Assembly (NCBI GenBank): GCA_964463985.1
Contig: CAYXEK010000009.1
Span: forward strand, 572 to 64,571
From: an uncultured Verrucomicrobiota bacterium
GTDB lineage: Bacteria; Verrucomicrobiota; Kiritimatiellia; JAAZAB01
Length of the DNA: 64,000 nucleotides
Direction of reading: 5' to 3'
Under the pieces are notes generated by a model. It searched no databases. It worked only from the letters and a program-made list of their open reading frames with translations, and was not told the origin of the DNA. Each line of letters starts with the position of its first letter. Position 1 is the stretch's first letter. Positions 52,672 to 61,487 of this stretch are shown here, piece after piece. The position numbers and the translations under genes were made by a program.

Positions 52672-53084
52672 ATTCCACCGTTATTTTACCTGCGGACACA
52701 ATTTGTCATGACGGCGGCAATAATGCGTCAGCGCCAGTCAAAACTCCACGCTGAAAACATGACAAAACTGGCAAATATTGTGGCAAAACGCAAAGACATA
52801 TTTCTGGTTAATAGCGCTTAAAATGCATATGCGATTCATTCAGGTTCAGGTCACACGCGCTTGACCTCCGCAAATCTTTTGCTAAGCTATTTCCATGAAT
52901 ATGTGGTAGACACAACATATACACAACATATAAACATACAATGATTCAATGATTCGCGTGAAACAAACAGACTGCACAACCAAACAAATTCGCCGGCAAG
53001 TCGGCCAAGCAATCCAGTTAAGACCGCTCCAACGTCTGGAGCGGCTCAATGCGGCTTTGCGCGGATTGCGCATCATGGAACAAC

Positions 53085-53552
53085 ATGACTCTGGAATTGT
53101 CCCGGTTCGAAAAACTGTTGGCGGGCCTGGTCCGCGCTGAGGTTAAATTCATCACGGTGGGCGGCTTGGCATGCGCCATGTGCGGCTACATCCGAACTAC
53201 TGAGGATGTTGACCTTATCGTGGATGACGCTCCTCCTAATCTCGCGCGTTTGTTGGGATTCCTGCGGAACTGGGGTGAAGGTTATGCCGCGGAACTGACG
53301 ATTGACGACTTCACGGATGAAGAAGGCGCGGTGCGGGTGATCGAAGAATTTCCACTGGATATATTCACGCGCATGAGCGGGTGGCGATATAACGACTTGG
53401 CGCAATATTGTCAATTACACGATATCGGCACGATGAAAATTCCGCATCTGAATCCGGCCGGCTTGATCTTGTTAAAAAAAAACAGCCTCCGCGAGAAAGA
53501 CCGGGTTGACGTTTTGGCGTTGCGCCGCCTGGCAGGAGGCCAAGCGCAATAA
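53085..53552 (+). CDS. minimal nucleotidyltransferase (MNT-fold, DUF6036-like) family protein
   Basis: 'FITVGGLACAMCGYIRTTEDVDLIVDD' fits the hG[GS]x9-13[DE]h[DE]h NTase signature. Its GC (about 53%) is below the surroundings. The start is probably ATG 53085. Confidence 0.5.
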   Translation: MTLELSRFEKLLAGLVRAEVKFITVGGLACAMCGYIRTTEDVDLIVDDAPPNLARLLGFLRNWGEGYAAELTIDDFTDEEGAVRVIEEFPLDIFTRMSGWRYNDLAQYCQLHDIGTMKIPHLNPAGLILLKKNSLREKDRVDVLALRRLAGGQAQ

Positions 53553-53855
53553 CTCGTCCCAGGGCGAGCTTTGCCCGCACCCGAAGGTTGGACGCGCGGT
53601 GCCGCCAGCGCGACGAGCACCTTGCGCACCGTGGCGGTCAAAGAATTGCCGGGGCATGACCGCCCTGCCGGCCGTTCTCCACAAGCAAACCTTGTCGCGG
53701 CGTAGTCCGCTGCAAAACATGGCAGCTTGACAATTTTACGCATATGTTTGATATTCAAGAGCAGCTTTCATAACGTCAGTTTTTAAAATTAACCCTGGTG
53801 TCATGCTGTTGCCCGGCGGCCGTTATTTGGCAAAAACCCATCTACATTCCCGCCC

Positions 53856-54737
53856 ATGCGTTTACACCCGTCCATGCCGCCGCTGATCCGCCGGATAGAT
53901 AAAATCAATCCCAACATCCGCCTGGGCCTGCCGGCATTATCCATTCCGCATCACATTTATATCTTTTCGCGCACGCCCCGCCAACTTCCGCAAATGGCGC
54001 GGAATACGCTGGCTTTCCACAGCTTCAACCTCGTCTTCAACCTGGCGGGCGGCGGGACTGCCATCATTAACAATGTTCCGCTTAAGTTCAGACCCGGCAA
54101 CGCCATCCTGGTTTTTCCCGAACAGCCTCGGCATTACATGCTCGACCGGCCGCACAAATTCCTCTGGCTGTTTGTCGGATTTCAACTTGACGCCTGCGCC
54201 GCCCTGCAGCCGCTCGCTTCCACCGTGATGCAGGCGCCGCCGGCCTGCCGGGGCGTCCTGGTCAGACTGCTGAAGGACTACATAACGGCGCGCTCCCGGC
54301 CGGCGCCGCACCCGGAGCATACCGTGCGGCTGAGCTTGACCTTGTGGCAGTTATTATCGCAAATTGCCGACTGCCACGCGGCGGTCGCCGGCCGGCGCCT
54401 CCCCTCGCCCGCCATGGCCGACGACATCGCGGTTCGCGTGCAGGCCCTGGCGCTGGAAGAACCGGCGGCATACTGCAACAGCCGCCGGATTGCGCGGGCG
54501 CTGAACATATCGCCGCAGACGCTCAACCGGCATTTCCTGCAAGTGGCCGGCGAAAATCTGAGCGTTTTTCTGCGCAAGCAACGCATCTGCCGGGCGCGGG
54601 ATTTGCTGAACAGTTCCCAACTCAGCATCAAGGAAATCGCCGCCGCCTGCGGTTTCAGTTCGCCCAATACCCTGAGCCGGACCTTCAAACAAATGCTGAA
54701 AATCCCGCCGCGCCGCTACCGCGCACAGCGCAAATGA
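53856..54737 (+). CDS. AraC-family transcriptional regulator
   Basis: C-terminal dual HTH 'SIKEIAAACGFSSPNTLSRTFKQMLKIPPRRYR'. Confidence 0.8.
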   Translation: MRLHPSMPPLIRRIDKINPNIRLGLPALSIPHHIYIFSRTPRQLPQMARNTLAFHSFNLVFNLAGGGTAIINNVPLKFRPGNAILVFPEQPRHYMLDRPHKFLWLFVGFQLDACAALQPLASTVMQAPPACRGVLVRLLKDYITARSRPAPHPEHTVRLSLTLWQLLSQIADCHAAVAGRRLPSPAMADDIAVRVQALALEEPAAYCNSRRIARALNISPQTLNRHFLQVAGENLSVFLRKQRICRARDLLNSSQLSIKEIAAACGFSSPNTLSRTFKQMLKIPPRRYRAQRK

Positions 54738-54842
54738 TCCCGGCAACAACTGCCGGATATAGGTTCACTATGCCAAAACCGGCTTTTGTGCGTCTTGTGT
54801 TTTGCGGTTGCTATCGCCCAAGGGGATGACAGTGAAATTTGC

Positions 54843-57800
54843 TCACTGCTTGATTACTTCGATCCCGCTGATCACCTGGGCGGTTGGCCCGGAGATTCCC
54901 TTGAAGTCTATGCGCAGCACCCCGCCGGCCGCCTGGATGCCGTCAAATTCCTTGACCAACACCTCGTGCATGCCGGCTTCGGCAAAGATATCCAAAGTCA
55001 TGCGCTGCTGATCCTGCACGCTTACTTCAAATACGCGCCGGCCTGCGCCCGGCGCATACGTCTCGGCAAAATACAATTTCACGCCATACACACCGTCCGG
55101 CACATGGAACCGGTAGCCGTCCATGCCCCAGCGTTCGTAATTGCACAGGTTGTCCATGCGCGCACGCCGCGACACCTGGCCGCCCAAATGGCCGTATCCG
55201 GCATATTCCGCGCCCCACCCGTTGAAGTCCTGATCCGGCAACCATAGGTTGCCGTCGGCATCCGTGTATAACACTCCCGGCGCGGCGCCGCAATTCACGC
55301 GGTAAACCGGCTTTGGACCGCTCAAATACATTTGCGGCAAACGCGTTTTCAGCAAACCATCCTCATTACCATCGCGCAGCAAGGCCGCTTGCATAAAACC
55401 GGGATCATCCAAGATCGCTGGATCGTTAATCCTTGCCGTTACTTTATTCCATCCTTTAACCAGCACAATATCAACAGAATTATTTGTTTCGGAGATAACG
55501 GCAAGCTCCATCTTTTTCCTGTTCGCCCAAACTGCCCGGGAAGCATGCCGGCCGCCTCCAATGTTTAACCGGCCCCACCGCCGGCCGGGGCTGAGCACTT
55601 CCATCGCCGCAAACAGTGGCACACGCCCGCCCTCCGCGTTGGTATCGCAATATACAACATAATCGCCGCGCGGCGCGACCCGCCACCCGGCGCCGTCCGC
55701 TGTCCATGCCGGATATGACACCAGTCCGTCCGCCCCGGCCGTCCCGGTCTCCGGGGCGAGCGCCACCCATGGATCAAAATCATCCACCCGCGCCAGATCA
55801 TCGTTTAAAAAACTCCAGAATTTCCAGTGGGTCAAGTCCGACCAGGCCGCGGCATACTGACCCTGATCCAGCGCGGCCACGGCTCCGGCGGTAATCTTGC
55901 GGATGCGATCCTGCACGGCCGGCGGCAGCAGCCGGCGGGGCAGGGTCTGCGTCCAGACCATTTCCGCCTGTTCAATAATAGCACGCATGTGCCGCAGATG
56001 TTTTTCATCCACCGGATCGTTGCCCCAGCCAGTCAGTTCCACCGCATCCCCCTCCGCCGCGAATGCCCGGATTCCGAATGGCGGCAGATGCAGCTGCATG
56101 GAGATTGCGCTGGTTTCAGCGGACAGCCGGCTGGCCGGCGCCGGTTCGCCGGAACATAATTCCGTGACCTGCCGCGCGCACCGCACGGTCACGTGACCGG
56201 CAATCGGCCAATAACCCGGATTAACCGCATAAAAATACAATCGTCCATCCTTGCGCAACTCGCGAATTGCGAAATTATCACGGAAACCGGTCCCGCCCCA
56301 TGGTTTGAATTCATCGGCGGGCAAAGCGCGGAACACGCGCGCAAACAGCCGCCATGCGTCTTCCTGTCCGACCAATGCGGCGGCATCGGTGAACCCGAAC
56401 GCGATAAATTCCGAATCCATCCCGATCATAGCCTGCGCGTATGGCTCGCGGCAGAAAGCGCCCGCCTGCTGCGCCTGCATGGTATACTGAAACGGCCGCG
56501 GCCAGTCTGGACGATCGGGATAGAGTCCGGCAATCCGCTCCAACTCGATCCATCCATAATTAAGCATAAGCGAGCGTTTGGCGCCGAGGTTGAACGCCGC
56601 ATAAAATTCCGGCTCGACGTTTCCCTGCCACGCCGCCGCGTAATTTTCCGTGTCGAACGCCGGCTGATAACTGGCGGTGGCCGGCAGCCACGGCATCAGC
56701 CGCACTGCCGGATAATCGCGGAATGATTGCTTGTCCCACCCCCCGTCACGATAATATCCGGCGAAGGGGATATCGTCACGCAGACATTCGCGTATATTAT
56801 CCCAGCCCTGGTAACAACCCGCCACGCATTCCAGATTGGCGCGGTGCTTTGCCAGCACCGCCGCCACTCCGGCGAAAAATTCCGCCAGCTTGGCGGCGCG
56901 CCAAGCAGTCCATATCGGGCGCATTTCGGGTTTTGCCAGGAATTTGCAGCGTTCGCGGAAGCGTTCGTCTCCGGATTCGGCGCCGGGCGCTTTGATCCCA
57001 CTTTCTCTTGCAAATCTTTCCATAGTAAAGTCATCATAGCCCAACCAGAACGGATCGGGGTTGCCATTGCGCCAGGCCGGAATCCAGCCGCCATTGAAAA
57101 ATGCCGTCCAATTCACACCGCGGTAAGCCTGCAAGCCCGCGAACTTCCGCCCCAGTTTCCCGGCCACCCGCTCCATTTCCCCGCGCACCGCCGGATGCAG
57201 GAAGTTCCAGCTTTCCCGCGCGCCGGTTCCGCTGCCGCCGCCGGCTTTGATGCCGGTCTCCGATACCATCACGTACGGATTAATGCCTGTCTCCGCCAGC
57301 GCGCGTTCGGCTTTTTTGCGCAAGCCGGTAGTTTCAATAAATTCCACGCTGGCATAAAAATCAATGCCATTGGCGTCAAACACCCGCGCGGCAACATCGC
57401 GCAGATCCGGGCCGAGGCTGGCAATTCCGCGGAATGGCGTAAAACAGTCGTTGCCATCGGTATACTGGAATGCGCCCATGATGTGCAGATTCTGCCCCGT
57501 AAACCGCAGGTATTCGGCGTAAGCCTCGCAGGTCTCAAGATAAATCAGCAGGCGCTCGCATGCCGCCAGCGCGGGGATGCCGTTGCCGCAGGCGCCCGTT
57601 CCGTCTTCAAAGCGCCGGTGGACGCCGAATGAAGCTCCGAATCCGCTGCTCAGTACTGTCCGTTCGGAAAGCATCCCCCATTTACGGGAGCCGGCCGGCG
57701 GGGCATTTACCCGCAATGCCGGCAGATTTCCCTGCACCCTGTAGATTCGCAAACGCGCGGCGGCGGCCGGCGCCTTCGTCCCAAGCGTAATGATATTAAT

Positions 57801-59687
57801 TGCATGTCCGCCCGGTTCGGGCCGATACAGCCATTTTAACTCCTGCAACTTCCCGGTATTGGGATATTTGCCGCCGGTCCAGACGGTTGGGCCGCACTTG
57901 GAATGCCGATCATGCACGGCGCCCGGGCGTTGAAAGGCCGCGGTCGAGCAGGCCACGCCCATCCACCGCTCCCGGTCATCCGGATATTCCAATACCATCA
58001 AATACCAGTCGCCGGGATGTCGGAAAAAGACCTGGTAGGAAAACTGCCCCGCGCCCCGGGTCGAGCTTGACCTGGGATGCGCCTCCCGGTATTTGAGCCC
58101 GTTGCGCTCCACCACAATCGCATTGGTCACCAGGCTGACAAAATTTTCGGGATAATTTTTGCCGGGCGGCCAGGGCGCCGAAGCGTCAATTTCCATCCAC
58201 GGATGGCGCGGATCGTCCGGCTGGGTGAAATCAATCATATCCTCCAGTTCAAGATTCATCCCTTCTTCGTAAGTATCGCCGGCAACCTCGCGCATTGCCA
58301 ATGCGCCGCCGACAACCAGCAAAGGCTCCGGCGGCCGGGAATCCAGCAACGTATCGCCGTCAAACAACTCGGCGGAAAACATATAGGCCCCGCGCGGCAG
58401 ACGCCCCATGGGCACGGTAAAGCTCAGCGAGTTCCCCGACGGAATACCGGCGTCAATTAATCCGTTCTTGCACGGCGTATTCGTGCCGTCAACATATTTT
58501 TCCAGCACCCATTGCAACCGCGGATTGCGTCCCGCCAAGCCGCCCGGAACATCCACACGCATTACCGCTTCGCGATCCGCGCGGTAAAACAACAACGGAT
58601 CAGCCGGATTATGCAACTGGATCAGGCCGTCATATACCGGCTGGCTGCCTGCCCATCGTAAGCCGAAGGCGCCGCGCACCCCGAAATCGAATTCCGTCAA
58701 CGGCGCCGCATAGGGCTGGGGCATGGCATCGCCAACCTTCCGCGGCGGCGGATTGGTCGCCCGCGGCAACATACCGATATCGTCCTGGAAGGATGCCGCC
58801 GTCCCCGGGGCGCCGGCCAGCCAGCACCAATGCGGTCCGGTATCCAGTGCTATCCGCTCGCCGGAACTCATAATGACAGCGCCCCGTGCCCAGGCGTAAA
58901 ACAATGCGCTGCGTAATTGAATGCGGTTCGGGCCGGCGCGCAGGAAAGGCGCAATATCCACCGGCCGGGAACCCGACCAGTGCCAGGGGCGCCAGGTGTC
59001 CACCTGCCGCACCGGACGCGGCATGATGATGCTTGAATCTTCGACCGGCGCACCGTTGATCCATAGTTCCGTGGTATCCGCCACGTCCAGGACGGCCCGC
59101 CACACCTTGCCTTCCGGCACGGTGAAATCATATACAAAATCGCCCGCCCAGTGTTCGATGATGATAGAGCGGATTTCGATCGCCGTTCCGGAGACTTCGC
59201 CGTCCAATGCGAACGCCAATTCAAATCCATCCATCGGGTCATGCTGGTACCGGCTGTAATCCAGCCGGATAACTTCCCAGCCTCCCTCGCCCGGCAATGA
59301 GGCCGTGCGGCTGATGCGGCGCACCCGCGCGCCGCCGGCCAGGGGCCGGAATTCAACCTTCACGGCGCCGGACGAAGAGCGCCGGCATTCCATGACCAGC
59401 GTAAAACTGTCGGGATATGGGCGCGGACCGCCGGCTATGGCCGCACCGTCCGCCCAGGCAATAGAGCTTTCCTGGTTGGTGACCGCCAGGCGCAACACGC
59501 CGTCTTCCATTACCGCCGATGCCACACCGGCTATCCGGTTGCTGGCGTAAGCGGCAAGGTTCAGGCGCTGCCGGACGTCCGGAATAAACAAACCCTGCGC
59601 CCGGTCAAACAATTCCGATGCCGTCGGCGCGCCGAATACGCAGTGGGCGCAAAGCATCGCGCATGCTACCGCCAGTGTTTTGCGCAT
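54843..59687 (-). CDS. giant secreted multidomain protein (about 1615 aa) with a C-terminal malectin domain
   Basis: Signal peptide 'MRKTLAVACAMLCAHCVFGA' with RBS 'ggaagg'. Malectin signature 'YRVNCGA...YFAETYAPGAGRRVFEV' at the C-terminus. The central ~600 aa are about 55% identical to the 61488-63986 protein. Confidence 0.75.
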   Translation of the reverse strand: MRKTLAVACAMLCAHCVFGAPTASELFDRAQGLFIPDVRQRLNLAAYASNRIAGVASAVMEDGVLRLAVTNQESSIAWADGAAIAGGPRPYPDSFTLVMECRRSSSGAVKVEFRPLAGGARVRRISRTASLPGEGGWEVIRLDYSRYQHDPMDGFELAFALDGEVSGTAIEIRSIIIEHWAGDFVYDFTVPEGKVWRAVLDVADTTELWINGAPVEDSSIIMPRPVRQVDTWRPWHWSGSRPVDIAPFLRAGPNRIQLRSALFYAWARGAVIMSSGERIALDTGPHWCWLAGAPGTAASFQDDIGMLPRATNPPPRKVGDAMPQPYAAPLTEFDFGVRGAFGLRWAGSQPVYDGLIQLHNPADPLLFYRADREAVMRVDVPGGLAGRNPRLQWVLEKYVDGTNTPCKNGLIDAGIPSGNSLSFTVPMGRLPRGAYMFSAELFDGDTLLDSRPPEPLLVVGGALAMREVAGDTYEEGMNLELEDMIDFTQPDDPRHPWMEIDASAPWPPGKNYPENFVSLVTNAIVVERNGLKYREAHPRSSSTRGAGQFSYQVFFRHPGDWYLMVLEYPDDRERWMGVACSTAAFQRPGAVHDRHSKCGPTVWTGGKYPNTGKLQELKWLYRPEPGGHAINIITLGTKAPAAAARLRIYRVQGNLPALRVNAPPAGSRKWGMLSERTVLSSGFGASFGVHRRFEDGTGACGNGIPALAACERLLIYLETCEAYAEYLRFTGQNLHIMGAFQYTDGNDCFTPFRGIASLGPDLRDVAARVFDANGIDFYASVEFIETTGLRKKAERALAETGINPYVMVSETGIKAGGGSGTGARESWNFLHPAVRGEMERVAGKLGRKFAGLQAYRGVNWTAFFNGGWIPAWRNGNPDPFWLGYDDFTMERFARESGIKAPGAESGDERFRERCKFLAKPEMRPIWTAWRAAKLAEFFAGVAAVLAKHRANLECVAGCYQGWDNIRECLRDDIPFAGYYRDGGWDKQSFRDYPAVRLMPWLPATASYQPAFDTENYAAAWQGNVEPEFYAAFNLGAKRSLMLNYGWIELERIAGLYPDRPDWPRPFQYTMQAQQAGAFCREPYAQAMIGMDSEFIAFGFTDAAALVGQEDAWRLFARVFRALPADEFKPWGGTGFRDNFAIRELRKDGRLYFYAVNPGYWPIAGHVTVRCARQVTELCSGEPAPASRLSAETSAISMQLHLPPFGIRAFAAEGDAVELTGWGNDPVDEKHLRHMRAIIEQAEMVWTQTLPRRLLPPAVQDRIRKITAGAVAALDQGQYAAAWSDLTHWKFWSFLNDDLARVDDFDPWVALAPETGTAGADGLVSYPAWTADGAGWRVAPRGDYVVYCDTNAEGGRVPLFAAMEVLSPGRRWGRLNIGGGRHASRAVWANRKKMELAVISETNNSVDIVLVKGWNKVTARINDPAILDDPGFMQAALLRDGNEDGLLKTRLPQMYLSGPKPVYRVNCGAAPGVLYTDADGNLWLPDQDFNGWGAEYAGYGHLGGQVSRRARMDNLCNYERWGMDGYRFHVPDGVYGVKLYFAETYAPGAGRRVFEVSVQDQQRMTLDIFAEAGMHEVLVKEFDGIQAAGGVLRIDFKGISGPTAQVISGIEVIKQ

Positions 59688-59700
59688 AACCTTCCGATTT

Positions 59701-60297
59701 TCAACGGACATTGAAAAACATTCCCGGCGGCAGATATTCGTAGCAGCCCATATCCACCAACATCGAGAACCGGTCAATCCGGCGGCGGCCGTCCAGGTCC
59801 GCGGCATCTTCCATCCAGGTTGCTTTCAGCCCGGCATTGACACAGGGCGATGCGCCCTGCAAGCGATAGTCCTGCCCGGCCAAACTCCGAAATTGCGGAT
59901 CCGCCTCAATGTTTTGCGCTCCCAGGCCATTCGTGGGAAAAGTGCAGCTCCAGGCGATATTCGAAGGATTGCCGCCGTAATTCAGGGTCCTGTAATTGGC
60001 TTCTGTCCCGGCATCCGATCCGTAGTTGTAGCGCATGATGGTGTTGGTGATGGAAGCCTCTGCGCCATACAGCCAAACACCGCCGCAAGGACCTTTTTCC
60101 GCGCGGTTGCTGACTACCGTGCAATTCAGCATGAGCGCGCCGTTGTTCAAAATTCCAGCGCCGGCATTGGGCGTCGTGGCGGAGGTGGCAAAATTCCCCT
60201 CAATCAAAGAATTGCGGATAACGCGCATGGTAACGCCGTTGTCCGCCATACTAAACCCGCCGTTGGCGTTATTCCTGAGTTCGCACCGATTGACCAT
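59701..60297 (-). CDS. C-terminal portion of a right-handed parallel beta-helix protein, with a choice-of-anchor-Q-like end
   Basis: 'DPQFRSLAGQDYRLQGASPCVNAG' and 'DLDGRRRIDRFSMLVDMGCYEY' are typical beta-helix C-termini. The ATG overlaps the upstream TAA in TAATG. No signal peptide. Confidence 0.5.
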   Translation of the reverse strand: MVNRCELRNNANGGFSMADNGVTMRVIRNSLIEGNFATSATTPNAGAGILNNGALMLNCTVVSNRAEKGPCGGVWLYGAEASITNTIMRYNYGSDAGTEANYRTLNYGGNPSNIAWSCTFPTNGLGAQNIEADPQFRSLAGQDYRLQGASPCVNAGLKATWMEDAADLDGRRRIDRFSMLVDMGCYEYLPPGMFFNVR

Positions 60298-61430
60298 TAT
60301 CCCGCCCTGGCCACGTAAATCCCGCCGCCGTAATTGGAAGCCATATTCCCTTCAAACACGCATTCTTCGAGATAATTGGTGGCATCTGTGGTTGACGCGC
60401 TTGTATTTTGATAGAAGCCGCCGCCGGCAAGGGCCGTGTTGGAAATAAAACTGGAATTTCTGATATACATGGCTTGCATGGCGTCATGCTGCCGGCTGAA
60501 TATACCTCCGCCGTAATCGCCGCGGTTGCCGGAAATCTCGCACCCGACCACCTCCACGCCCGCCGGCAGGTAGGCATAGATGCCGCCGCCGCTGTATGTT
60601 ATGCTGGCCGGGTTGGTGGATTCGTTGAAACGCACCCGGCAATTGGTGATGGCGCCGGAGCTGACAACAAAAATTCCGCCACCGCTTTTGGCCTTGTTGA
60701 AAACGACCAGGCAGTCATCCAAAACGCCGCCGTTTTGCAGGCAGACCCCGCCGCCGCCCTGATAGCTTGATCCGCCAAAGGATTGATTGCCGTCAATGTC
60801 GCACCGCCGGATTGTGCCGTAATACATGGCGATCCCGCCGCCGCCCCGATAGGTGTTGTCCGGCGCGCCGGACATGTTGCCGGCAATCCGGCAGTCGGTC
60901 ACCAGCGCGCCGCTGCCGGAAGCGTAGATGCCGCCGGCGCCGATGGGGGCGGTGTTGCCGGCCACGATGCAATTCGACAACGTCCCCCCGCCCTCCGCGC
61001 CGTAGCCGAGGCACACCCCGCCGCCGACATTGCTATTGGTGCCGCCCACGCCATTGCCGTTGGTGATGGTGAACCCGCTGACCCAGGCGCCGGTATGGTT
61101 GATGTATAAACAGGCCGAATTGTTCTGTCCGTCAATAATGGCGGTATCCGGGTCTTCCCCGCCGCCGGGCGCATAACTGCGCACTGTGACCGCCTTGAAG
61201 ACCGCGATGTTGGTCGCAAACCGGTATGTGGCCAGATTGGTGACCAGGATGACGTCGCCATCCGCCGCGGCATTGACGGCATCCTGGATGCTGGTGGCGG
61301 CGCCGGCCCAGTCGGGATATTTACCCGCGGCATCGTTGGTGCCGGCCGGCGATACATACAAATAATCCTGAGCCGCCAGACGCATCCCGCAAACCAATAC
61401 AACCATTAGAAAACCAATGTGCACTTTCAT
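60297..61430 (-). CDS. secreted right-handed parallel beta-helix repeat protein (N-terminal portion)
   Basis: Signal peptide, then 'YVSPAGTNDAAGKYPDWAGAATSIQDAVNAA', then repeated GG/NxxGGG rungs. RBS 'aggagg'. Confidence 0.7.
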   Translation of the reverse strand: MKVHIGFLMVVLVCGMRLAAQDYLYVSPAGTNDAAGKYPDWAGAATSIQDAVNAAADGDVILVTNLATYRFATNIAVFKAVTVRSYAPGGGEDPDTAIIDGQNNSACLYINHTGAWVSGFTITNGNGVGGTNSNVGGGVCLGYGAEGGGTLSNCIVAGNTAPIGAGGIYASGSGALVTDCRIAGNMSGAPDNTYRGGGGIAMYYGTIRRCDIDGNQSFGGSSYQGGGGVCLQNGGVLDDCLVVFNKAKSGGGIFVVSSGAITNCRVRFNESTNPASITYSGGGIYAYLPAGVEVVGCEISGNRGDYGGGIFSRQHDAMQAMYIRNSSFISNTALAGGGFYQNTSASTTDATNYLEECVFEGNMASNYGGGIYVARAG

Positions 61431-61487
61431 CTTGCCTCCTCTTTGTTTGTGCTTGTTGTGCTTGATCCTTTTACCCGATTCGCATCA

